Part shown: one piece after another, positions 41,931-53,149 of the stretch
Layout: every line of letters begins with the position of its first letter
Numbering within the stretch: the first letter of the stretch is position 1
NCBI GenBank assembly: GCA_002189035.1
Contig: NEEC01000007.1
Coordinates: 2,108,001-2,172,000 of the forward strand
Origin: Utricularia gibba
Lineage: Eukaryota; Plantae; Magnoliophyta
DNA length: 64,000 bases
Direction: 5' to 3'
Translations under genes and position numbers: made by a program
Notes under the pieces: model-generated
What the model was told of the DNA's origin: nothing
Databases searched by the model: none
Seen by the model: the letters and a program-made list of their open reading frames with translations, nothing else

Positions 41931-43849
41931 ATGAAACCCGCCGCCATGGGATCTCCTCATCTGGTGTTGTGGTTCTTATTCAGTTTTTGCATTTCCATCA
42001 CTTGTTCAGTGGACGAAGATGGTCTTTCTCTGTTGGCTCTTCAATCCGCCATTTCTCAAGATCCGAAGCAGTCGCTTGCTTCATGGAATGAGTCGGATTC
42101 ATCTCCATGTTCTTGGCGTGGAATCACTTGCGATCCTTTCACCGGGAAAGTGGTCGGGATTTCACTTCCTGGAAAGGGTCTGGCTGGCTACATTCCTTCA
42201 GAAATCGGTGCTCTCACTTTTCTGTCTTATCTTGATCTATCGCACAACTCCTTTTCAGGGCCTCTCCCTAGCGAAATCGTCACGCTTTCTTACCTTTCTC
42301 ATCTTGATTTATCTTCAAATAGCTTTAATGGCACGATTCCTGAGGGTTTGAGCAATTTGAGCCGCCTCACAGGAACACTGAATCTCTCGTATAATGCATT
42401 TTCCGGGGAGATTCCGGCGAGTTTAGGTGCTTTGCCGGTGATGCTCTGTTTCGATTTCAGTCATAATAACTTAACTGGGAAAGTGCCGGAAGCTGGCTCA
42501 CTTTTGAACCAGGGGCCAACAGCTTTTTCTGGGAATCCTTATCTCTGCGGGTTTCCATTAAACACGCCGTGTACATCTCCAGCAGAAGCTCAAAACCCGG
42601 CATTTTTGAGCACCCCTCTAAATCATCGCAATTCAGGGGTTTCTTACAGAAAATCCAAGGATTTACTGATGGTAATTGCTGTGATTTTTGGGTTTTCGTT
42701 GTTGGTTGCTCTTGTTTCTGTCTCAACATGGGCTGCAACAAGAAAAGGGAAGAGAGATGAGAGTAAGAGTGGATTTGAAAGCGACGAAGTTACGGGAATG
42801 GAAGAGAGAAAAAAGGGCAGATTCGTTGTATTGGATGAAGGATTCGAAATGGGGTTGGAGGATTTGTTGAGGGCATCTGCTTACGTTTTAGGGAAGAGTA
42901 AAAGCGGTATAGTTTACAAGGTGGTCGTCAGCGGAGGGAAGGGTGGCGCAGCATCTATTCCGGTGGCGGTGCGCCGCCTCAGTGAGGTTGAAGGCGATGA
43001 TGGTTTGAGGCTCAAGGAGTTCGAAAGCGAGATTGAATCCATTGCCAAAATTCAGCACCCCAACATCGTGAAGCTCAAGGCCTATTACTATTCAAAAGAT
43101 GAGAAGTTTCTGGTTTCTGAGTTCATAAGAAATGGCAGCTTGCACACAGCACTTCATGGTATAGCTTCTTAAACTGGTCTTGTTTTACCACGGCAACTGC
43201 ACTCAACTCGAACAAAGTTGTAAGAATCTGAGCCATTCGTGTTATTGCAGGAACAGGTACAGGGAATAACTCGTTCCACGGTGCACTAACATGGGCAATG
43301 CGGCTCAGAATCGCACAAGAGGTTGCCAAAGGCCTAACCCACATCCATGAATTTAGCAACAGAAAGTACATTCATGGAAGCATAACATCATCCAAGATCC
43401 TCCTCAACGACGACCTGAAGCCGTTCATTGCCGGATTCGGCATGCTCCGGCTCCAGCAAGGAGCTTCAAAACCTGCTGGTTCAGCCCAGAGGAGCAAAAG
43501 CACAATCATGTATACTGCACCAGAAGCTCGTGACGGGAACGCCAGACTGACCCAGAAGTGTGACGTATACTCCTATGGGATCGTGCTGTTGGAGCTGCTC
43601 ACCGGTCGGTTGCCCGATGGCCGCCCCGAAAGCGGCGGAATGGGGCTGGAAGCAGTTGTGAGGGAGGCATTTCGTGAGGAAAGGAGGCTGGCTGAGATCA
43701 TAGATCCTTCTCTTCTGGGAGAGATTGATGCTAAGAAACAAGTCGTTGCATTGTTTCATACTGCGCTGAGCTGCACGGAGGGTGATCCCGATTCGAGGCC
43801 GAGGATGAGGACGGTGTCGGAGAATCTGGATTGCATCAAGACCCTATGA
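41931..43849 (+). CDS. LRR receptor-like kinase (LRR-III type), atypical kinase domain
   Basis: Exons 41931-43158 and 43251-43849. Signal peptide, LRRs, LLNQGPTAFSGNPYLCGFPL, transmembrane helix, LEDLLRASAYVLGKS. The ATG at 41946 is an alternative start. Confidence 0.93.
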
Positions 43850-44450
43850 GAACCCCGCGACGGCACGATGGACAAGATTGAAGATGAAGAACCAAGCTTT
43901 TTGTTTGTGGGAAGTTCTTAGTTCCTTTGGTTGCTTGTGTTGTACAGACTAGAGGCTCTGTATTGGGCTCGGCCCAAATAATATGGGCCATGCTGCCTTT
44001 TGAAATCAACGGCTTAATAATAATATCTTGTAAGTGACCATGGCATGCTATGTTTGGTATCATATCCAAATTTGGATACGTGGCAATCGACGAGAATGAT
44101 TAAATAGAGAAATAGTGCGATAATATCCAACATTTTAATCTTTTTTTTTTAAAATAACGTAAAACCATGATATTTGAGTGTACTAATCGGATAATATTGT
44201 ATAAATAACATGTGACATTTGGTATTATTCCACCTTGCACACCTTTTGTAGAAAATCTTTTTTTTTTTTGCATCAAATATCCGAATGGATAAGTCCCACT
44301 ATATTTTTTTAAAAATGACAAAACAAATTTTCAAATTTTTATTTTATTAATGAGTTATGGTGGGAAGAAAAGTCAACAAAAGACACGAATTTATTTTCTT
44401 CTTCCACTCCACTCTTCCAACGTTCACACTTCGGAGTTGAGATTGCAGAT

Positions 44451-45461
44451 TTAACGGGGGCAGGCTGGCAACGGCGACCCGCAGAGGCACCGGTTATGGA
44501 AATAAGCGGTGGCGTCGAGGCTCTGCAGATTACTGCCGACGGGGATGGGCCCACAGAGCCTATTGTAACTTACGTTCAAGTATATATGATCCAGCTGCGC
44601 CAGTCCCGCCGGCAAGCCGCCATAGATTTGGTTGTGGTCGATATACAAAACCTCCAAAGTCTGGGGGATTTCCACCGCCGATAGATCGAAATGGAACATG
44701 TTTCTCGACAAATCGAGGGTATGTATACTCTTATTCCTTCCCAACAGAAAAGATGCGTCGCCTTGGAGCATATTCCGCCCTAGTTCCACCAACGTGAAAT
44801 TGGCGTCGCCCAGAGACCTGGGTATCGTCCCAGAGAGGAGATTATGGGAAAGGCGGAGGTAAAAATCGCTCGCGGTGAACTTCCCGAAGGAATCAGGGAT
44901 TTGCCCGGTGAGTTTATTCCGGCCGAGATTGAGGCCGGAAAGTTTCGGGAGATCTGCAAGGGACGCCGGAATAGACCCGGTGAGAACATTGAAGGACAAA
45001 TCGAGAAACCAGAGATTCTTGAGTTGGCCAAGAAAATCAGGAACCGGGCCGGAGAGATTGGTCCAGCTGAGCCACAGGAACTGCAGATTATTAAGCTTGC
45101 TTATCGCCCTCGGTATTTCTCCGTTCAGTTCTGCGAGATGTCTAAACGTCAGTTTCTGAAGGTACGGGAGGTCTCCGATCGAGGGCGGGATCTGGGCAGA
45201 TATATTGTTGTCCTGAAAGAGATGGAACTCAACGATCCGTCCGTTATCGTCGCATTCGACGACGTACCAGTTGCAGCAATCGGTGTTCGGGATCCACGAG
45301 GCTAAATGGTACGGATCTCCGAGATCCTTTTTTATCCTCAGGAGGACTTTGTAGTCCTCAGGGTTGCATTTGAACTTCACGCTCGCAGCTGCGGTGGCCG
45401 TGAGCAACAAAAGAAGCAAGCCGGAGAAGACGGAAAGAGCTTCCGCGGGCTGCTTTCCCAT
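44451..45461 (-). CDS. PGIP: Polygalacturonase-inhibiting protein, intronless
   Basis: 336 aa; signal peptide, CNPEDYKVLLRIKK.L..PYHLASW..NTDCC.WY.VEC, LRRs, C-terminal YFHNRCLCGSPLPAC. Confidence 0.93.
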   Translation of the reverse strand: MGKQPAEALSVFSGLLLLLLTATAAASVKFKCNPEDYKVLLRIKKDLGDPYHLASWIPNTDCCNWYVVECDDNGRIVEFHLFQDNNISAQIPPSIGDLPYLQKLTFRHLAELNGEIPRAISKLNNLQFLWLSWTNLSGPVPDFLGQLKNLWFLDLSFNVLTGSIPASLADLPKLSGLNLGRNKLTGQIPDSFGKFTASDFYLRLSHNLLSGTIPRSLGDANFTLVELGRNMLQGDASFLLGRNKSIHTLDLSRNMFHFDLSAVEIPQTLEVLYIDHNQIYGGLPAGLAQLDHIYLNVSYNRLCGPIPVGSNLQSLDATAYFHNRCLCGSPLPACPR

Positions 45462-45776
45462 TCTAGCTTCTGCAATTTTAAGCATCAAGCTGTGGCTATT
45501 TATAGTAAGTAATACTTCGGCTTTTCTTAGTATTAGCTCCCCAAGTATATTTATATAATATTATTGTAGTCCTTTATGAGTTGGACAGCAGGATTGCGCA
45601 GGGAAGAAGATGGCAGAAGGATTGACAGAGAAGAAGGAACTTCAGAACAAGTAAACAGGATAGAGAGATTACTTAAGAGTTCGTTTCCCAGGAGACCAAC
45701 ACCAGAACAAAGAATTACCATAAAACATAGACGGCGCATCCAAGGCGGCGGAGCAGGGAAGGGGTATTGCCGGAGA

Positions 45777-48095
45777 TTACAGCATGCAGTCGGTCCTTGC
45801 CGGCAGCCTTCTGAAGAAGTTGAGCGGCACCGATGGTAGCTTGTGCCGGAACCTGGGATGTCTCAACACGTAGAACCCTGTAATGAGTGCGACCACTTGG
45901 AAAGGTGTGACGTAGAGAACAATGGCGGCGACCAGGCAGAAAATCACGAACAGGGCTGTGGCTCTCGGGTCTCTCCAGCTTAGAAGAGACTGAAGCCTCT
46001 CCCCTTGCGTCGCCAGGTCGCCCACGACCGTCTGAATCCGGCCTGCGATGCTTCGTAAACGATCGTACCTCATTCGGACGAGGTCAGCAGGGCGGGAAGT
46101 CGGGAAGGTGTCGAACTCCTCATCGAGCTCGTCGGGGTGCGCGTTTTCGGCGCAGGAGAGGCGGGTGTCCATGTGGGGCGGGTGCCTCGGTCTCCACCGG
46201 TAGTACCAGACTCCGATCAGGAACAGGTAGAGGAAGATGGTGGGCAGTATGAGTTCAGGGTACAACACGAGTATGATGAACAGGATGTGAATCAGGACGG
46301 TGGTGATCGGATTCTTCCAATGGCAAATCTGATCGAACCATTTCCCGATCGCGATCACGCCACCGAGAACACCCATGATCCTGAAGAAGTTAGCTTTGCT
46401 TCGCCTCATGCTCCACATGTGGGAGCTCACGTCCAGCATATACTCCACCACCTCCTTCCTCAGAGGTGGCTCCGCACGGCTCAGCCTCAGGGAGACGATC
46501 TGAGTAGCCTGATGCCTCAGATTGTCAAGCTGAGTAATAGTCAGAGGATGAATGTAGTGCATCTTGGGGAGCAGGGGCTGAGCGTACATGTGCATCATGT
46601 TCACCAGTGAGGAGCAGGTGAATCGGACGGCCAAGTGAATCTCACCCATCTTCTTCACTCCCGAGTTGTGCAGCACCAGCAGAGGATATGAATGGGTGTA
46701 CACCCGATCCGTTTCCAGAGTCGACAGACGGATCCGGACCTTCCCGATCCTTGAATCCCTCCCAGATTTATCCCCAGGATGCAGATGGCCATTATCGAAG
46801 ACACCAACAGTCACTACAGTGCAGGGATCATACACCTCCCAAGTGTATTGCTCATTCCACTTGGGAGCGAAGCTGTCGATGATTGTTCTAGTTCTGACCC
46901 ACTTTTGTCCGTATTTGGCAACACAGTATGCATCCGTGCTCGCACGCCCGTCTTTGGATTTCATCGGAGAAAGTCCGTGAGCATTCAGAATCCCCAGCTC
47001 CAGAATCCCAATGCTTGATTTCCAGAGCACTTTTGCAGTTGGCCTGAGATCGCTGCTGTAGTGAGTCGACTCATCCAGAACATGGTACCCACCTTCCAGA
47101 CAAATCCTCATATGAATCTTGCTGGCGAATTTCACTTCCTTTTTCTTCTCACCATCAACCATGACATGCTTCTCCAGATTATACCATCTTGAACCCACAG
47201 GCTTGTGATCCAGCCTCCTGTCAACGTATTGCAATGGAATGCCACACACTCCCAGAACTTCATCCTTGTTGGGTGCAACACGGTCTTCGATGCTTAAAAT
47301 GAGGGGATCCTCGAAGGGTTCAGCAGCCACGAACATCAGATCCTCATTCCACATCGGGTTTATAGATTTGCTCATGGAAACTCTTGTCCTCAGCGCCTGG
47401 TTTCCTAAGATGGCTTTGACATAAACTTCGGGATATCGGCCCTTGTCGTTGGGAATCAGATCCTGGGCTTCGATCACGTTCACTCTCAGATACCAGAGCT
47501 TGGGTGACAAGTAGACCTTTGATCGTATGTTTGCCACACCATCAGAACCGCTAACAGCAGCAGCATCAGAATGCCATGCCTCTGGGAATGCCTCATCTGC
47601 TTGAGTTCCCATCCACACAGCCAGCATAAGCTCTCCCTTGGCCTTTTCATTCCTGCGGTCCTCCAGACGATACCACTGGGGTGCCAATGGACTGTCAGGA
47701 GGAACCCTTTTGGGGATCTCACCCAAATCAAAAAGAACCCTACCAACGAAGTCATCCTTGACAACATCCTTGTCCTTCACTATTACTTCAAGAACAGATG
47801 CCTGAATCCGGTCTTTTGAGAAGGCGAACACCTGATTCCACTCCGGGTTCGATTTTTTCTCGAAATGGCGTGTCAATCCTCTGTAGTTTCCCAGCCTGAC
47901 TTCAACATATGGATCCAGGCTACCAGTGACATCCTTTCCGGGAAGATCCTTTGCCTTCACAACTCGGACATAAAGATACTGCATTTGCTCAACGAGATCA
48001 TAAGTGCTGGTAAGTTTATCTCCGGTAACCTTTCCACCGCCGAGGCGGGGATTGGTTTCCTTCAATGCAAAATCTTCTTGCTGGGGCCTCTGCAT
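45777..48095 (-). CDS. Multiple C2 and transmembrane domain protein, FT-interacting protein 3-like, intronless CDS
   Basis: 772 aa from MQRPQQEDFALKET; three C2 domains and a PRT_C tail (HPDELDEEFDTFPTSR, FRRLPARTDCML). Strong acceptor just upstream indicates 5' UTR intron(s). Confidence 0.95.
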   Translation of the reverse strand: MQRPQQEDFALKETNPRLGGGKVTGDKLTSTYDLVEQMQYLYVRVVKAKDLPGKDVTGSLDPYVEVRLGNYRGLTRHFEKKSNPEWNQVFAFSKDRIQASVLEVIVKDKDVVKDDFVGRVLFDLGEIPKRVPPDSPLAPQWYRLEDRRNEKAKGELMLAVWMGTQADEAFPEAWHSDAAAVSGSDGVANIRSKVYLSPKLWYLRVNVIEAQDLIPNDKGRYPEVYVKAILGNQALRTRVSMSKSINPMWNEDLMFVAAEPFEDPLILSIEDRVAPNKDEVLGVCGIPLQYVDRRLDHKPVGSRWYNLEKHVMVDGEKKKEVKFASKIHMRICLEGGYHVLDESTHYSSDLRPTAKVLWKSSIGILELGILNAHGLSPMKSKDGRASTDAYCVAKYGQKWVRTRTIIDSFAPKWNEQYTWEVYDPCTVVTVGVFDNGHLHPGDKSGRDSRIGKVRIRLSTLETDRVYTHSYPLLVLHNSGVKKMGEIHLAVRFTCSSLVNMMHMYAQPLLPKMHYIHPLTITQLDNLRHQATQIVSLRLSRAEPPLRKEVVEYMLDVSSHMWSMRRSKANFFRIMGVLGGVIAIGKWFDQICHWKNPITTVLIHILFIILVLYPELILPTIFLYLFLIGVWYYRWRPRHPPHMDTRLSCAENAHPDELDEEFDTFPTSRPADLVRMRYDRLRSIAGRIQTVVGDLATQGERLQSLLSWRDPRATALFVIFCLVAAIVLYVTPFQVVALITGFYVLRHPRFRHKLPSVPLNFFRRLPARTDCML

Positions 48096-51000
48096 TTCCT
48101 CGGGTTCTTTAGAATCTGCCAAGCGCAAAAGCAAAAGGGTTACGTGACTTCTGAATCACTCGACAAATGCTGGTTTGGGTTATAATCGGCTATAGAAGAA
48201 AGCGATGCATAACCTTGATTTCTATATGAAAAAGTAGCCTCAGTTTAACGACGAATCCAGAATCTGAGAAGTAACCCACGATATTAGGATTACATCAAGA
48301 CGCAGCCGCTATTAAAGTAACAAACAAAAGTGCAGACAAAACCAGGTAGAAGATTCTAACACAAAACCAAAAAAAAAAAAAAAAAAAAACAGACCTGGGA
48401 GTTCAAGTAGTTTACACCCAGATGTAAATTCCGATGGCGAAAATCAAGATGGTAAAGCGAGGCAAAGTCAACTGAAGAAGAGGTTCCGAAGACCACTAAG
48501 GAAATTTTGCTGCCTGGAGAAATGCTATTCTGCACGCCCAGAACTTATTCCACAGTCGGATCTGGACACAGAAGCACAAAGAAATAACGAAAGAGAGAAA
48601 AACTAAGGCAACAAAGCACAAAAATTAACTATTCGGCAATTTTCAGGACACCCAGATGTCAATTTTCGATGGTAACAACACGAGAGTAAATATCAGTAAA
48701 AGTGAAGAAGTCCCAGCCAAGAAAGAAGGAAATTTCGCACCCTAGAGCATAACATCTTGCAAACCCAGAATAAAATTCTACCGCATCGGATCTAAACCGA
48801 ACCCAGAGAAACACAGAAAGGAGGACATAAAAAGGAAGATGGAATTGACTACCCGACAAATCGGCGAACGCATTCTAATCAATTTCTTACGTTAATGTTA
48901 GGAAAACGCAACCTATCGAAGAAATTTGAGATCTTTGAAGAGGGAAAACAGCTGAAACCAAAAAGAAACAGCAATGCAGTTGAAGAATAAAGCGGAGAAA
49001 CCAACTTGACCTTCACCACAAACCTTCCCCTCTGCTACTTATCTAACAATTTTTTTCTCTGTCGGGGACGAAGAAAAGATGTTTGTGTGATGTTCCTCCA
49101 TGACGAAAGTAAGGTGCTTTAAGCAAAAGTAGATAACTATGAATATACCTTGCGGGTTCACTTCTTCCACGATAAGGTTCTCTCCTGCAGAGCGAATGTC
49201 ACAAGTCACTACGGCGAGAAGAAAAGGGGTAAAGGAAAGAAAGAGTGATGAGAGTGTGAGAGAATGACAAAAGGAGAGAAAGGGGCTTGCATCCAGTATA
49301 AAGAAAAAGCCACAACACAAACCGTGGGAGCAAGAATCAAGACAATTCTTCCTTCAATTAATTCCACCACCAAATCCCCAAAACACTCAAAATGGACTCT
49401 CTATAATTTCCTAACCTCCCTCAAGATGAAAACCAGTGGTGGGGGTCGGCCCGTCGACAGTGAAGTATACAAAAGATTTCTCCTTTACCAAAATCACCTA
49501 TACCCCACTACCCCCGTGCTCCTCCTACACTTCTCAGGTTTTGTAAGCCTGTGACCGCCGGTGGGCCGGAATGTTCGCCGGAGATACTACAAACAATATT
49601 AAACTAGAACCAAAATAGTAGCCCCTAGTTAGGATTCCGCACCCAGCTCGATGCTGATAACTTTTTAAATTCTTCAGACGAACATTTCAACCATCGAGGT
49701 TTTATAGATCCTTCTTCAATGCAATAAATGGTGTTCAATTTTCAAATGTCCATTTTAATGTCACCCTCAAACTCCCAAAAACAAAAAAAAAAAACTTTTC
49801 AAATATAGCTTTTAAAAAATAAAAATGCTCTTAAACTTTTGAAATAAAACTTTCTATTTGTTTATAAGAAATTATTTTTAAAAAGTTAATCAAGAAACAT
49901 AAATAGAATCTATTTAATGTCATTCATAATTGGGATTCCAGTTTTGCATTCTTTGTTACTTTTTATCCACAAATAAAAAAGTATATTTAAACTCATTTTT
50001 CAGGTGATAAAGATTTGCCAAGTGACAGAGTTCATGATCTCCCCCACCAATTGATCTAGAGTAAAAAACCTGCACATTAATAAATAAATCAAAATTGGTG
50101 GTTTTATATTATAATGTCTTTTTTTATCAATAAAACGTTTATTAATACACATATTAATATAATATGTGTAATTATAAGTAATGATAATGGAGATTCTAAT
50201 TCTAAAAATTAGAATAAAATGAATTTATTTTTTTAAAAAAAATGGAATAGCATATGTTATTTGCGTATGATATTTAATAATAAATAGCTAAAATACGTGA
50301 ACCAGTCATATTCATGATAATGAAGAGCAAAATGGTTCTCCCATTTTAGGAATTTGGACAATGAGGTTGAATTTTTTTTAATTCTTTTATTCAATTTCCA
50401 TTAAAATTAGAAATCAGTTAATTACTATAATTATAAAGAAGTTCGAATTTTCAAATTGTTTCCTACAAAGGTAAATATAATATTTAAGGAAACACATGCA
50501 ACGTAAAAAAAAATAAGAAATTTCTTTTTTAGAAAATACAAATTTATAAATTTATTTTGCAAATTTGACGGCTATTTTTAGTAATATAATCTCAATTTTT
50601 TAATTTAAACACTTTTGAAATCACAATATATAATTATTATTATTTGTCACATCAATAAAGAAATAATTTTTTATATATTTGAGGGGAAAACAAAACGTCG
50701 CCAATTATACTTTATTAAACAAGGAACAGTACGAATCATACCATTTTGCAATTGACGATATGGCCCATGCATATTGAATGTATTGGACTGCTGGAGAAAG
50801 GGTATAACAGTCTTTGCATTATAATGATAATTGATTCTTTTGATTTTTCTGGGATGCGCTTCGCAACATGGTCGCATTCGTGATTCCCCTGATGTGACTG
50901 GAGCGGGCCCCGTTGTAGACCGCCGATGCCGACGCTGCAACCATAGGAGCCCACCGACACCGCCGTGCGCCGTCGCGACCGACGGAGCATTGATGTGTTG

Positions 51001-53149
51001 TCAAACCTGATTTGGACGATACGATAATATTCTTTTCCTGCACAAATCCACCATTTGGATCTAGAAATTTGATTCGGTCTAGGATTCTGGTGATTGTGAT
51101 CAGATTTCGGTTAATGGAGTTGATCATAAGAACTTGATCGACTGTTGTGCATTATCAAATGATGATTTTAGCGACAAACTCCTGTCATTCCTGATGAATT
51201 TCCATGCAGTAACATCGTCTGAGCGAAATCTAGATCAGAAGATTCGAAATCCTTTGCTCTTCATCGTATTTGGATTTTTTTTTGTCAGATTTGGCTTCTG
51301 AATCGTGCGATTTGTATATTGCACTTTTTAAGCATCTCCATTCAGAAGGTTTAGCTGTATATACCTTGTGTACCATCTCTTGTCACATGCTAATGGTTTG
51401 GAATATACTGATCTTGATGCATTTTAATCTGTATCGCAAGGTATATGGTCCTGAGTCATAACGTAGCCTCTACCCTTCATAGTGCCGCATTTTTCGACAG
51501 TTAGTTCTTACGGTTATTTCTGATATTGCTTTTCTGGTCCCTTCTCATTATGTATAAATATCGATTATGTTTCCTCCTCCGTGCTTCTTTAACTCTAGCT
51601 CACTTTCGATCGTGTTTTTTATTTGAAATATCCTTTGTTTCCTGCTGTGTGACTTGAGTTTTTTTCGATTTTCCAGCACCACCATCTTTTCTGTCACGTA
51701 TGCCGTGGTTGAAGGAATAATTGGTGAGTGCATTGCCCAATTCTCTTTTTTCTAGAATGTGCATGTTGGTTGTGTTCTTTAAGTTTGTCTACGACACCCC
51801 CTGCCCCCCGCTGTATGTTGTAGGTCATTGAATATTACTCTTAATTTTCAATAGGCATCATGCAATGTTTGGCAGCTGGTCTCAAAGCCTAGTGTAAATA
51901 AGAAGCAGCTGCGCCTGTCCCCTCAAAGCCTCATCAAATACCTAAACTCCTCCCTGTCTAATTACTCGCCATGGATTGGTAAGTTTTACTCGTTAAAAAT
52001 TACTCTTAGTTTTTCCAAATGACATGGGAATGTCATGTACCTGTTTTTTGTTTGCCAACTTCTAAACCCATTCCAACCTACCCCGATTCCACCCTCACTA
52101 TTTCTTACAGCTTTCACCAGAGATTCGAACTCGGGACCATATCTCGATCGTCACCTCCTTTTCACCCTCCCTTCCTACCACATGTCCCAACCTGCCTCCC
52201 TACTTGCTAAACCAGTTGGTGAACCGCATCAAACCATGTGTCAATGTGTTCCAAGTCCAAGCTTTCTCTGTTAGTTACCCTGGATGATAAGCTTTTACCT
52301 CATAGTCTGTGAAGTCACTTTAAATTCTCATGGCATCAGGAAATGTTTGACGGCTGGTGTTAAAGCCTAGAACTAAATAAGTGAGTGCACTTGCCGTGGT
52401 TGGAAATGTGGATTCATTTATATCCGTACGTCGTGTTTTGAATTTGTCAGCGTGTCTACTTCTGCACTCTACTGCATGAGTTTGTGCGCTTCGTAAATGC
52501 AATAAATCCAGTCAAGCTGCTGATAGAAACATAGGGACAATTGAGGATCAAGCCCATATGGACCACCCCTTAACCCAATTAAGACACCTTGAACACTTTG
52601 AGCCACTCATGGTTAGGTATGCACTGTATTGTCTTCCTTGATGGTATTAGGATTTGGGTCGGGTCATAAATGTTTCTAATCAATTACCAATTTATTGTTC
52701 CCAGTTGAATTCGAAATCTGGTTATCTGATATTTGTTACTCAAGGTTTAAAATGTTTAAAAAAATCTGGAACCATTTTTTTTTTTAACTAGATTTATGAT
52801 TGGACCATGGTTGAATATTAATTAGATGGTTAGTTTTTTTTTTTTTTTGTATTTTAGAGTTATTTGAATTTATCATGAATGATTTATAATTTAATCATTG
52901 TTCATGTCTCGATTTTTTAAATATTGAGAGTGCTTGTTATTGCAATTTATTAAAGGCTTGTTGGTGCATCTTATTCAGCTGAATCAAACGCTTGGAGTTT
53001 TTCAGCTACGAGCTCGCTGATTCACACATAATTGTGTGGCCTATTGCAATAAATATTACATTTTGAACGCTTTTGGTTATGTAGGATTTTGTTAGCGTCA
53101 AAAGGGTAGGCCGGAAGATTGCCGTAACGGCGTGGTCCAGCTACCAATC

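Noticed and set aside
51159-51222. Box C/D snoRNA (ATGATGA...CTGA...CTGA)
   Set aside because: No terminal stem, and I could not match either guide to rRNA or snRNA; such motifs arise by chance. snoscan would settle it.
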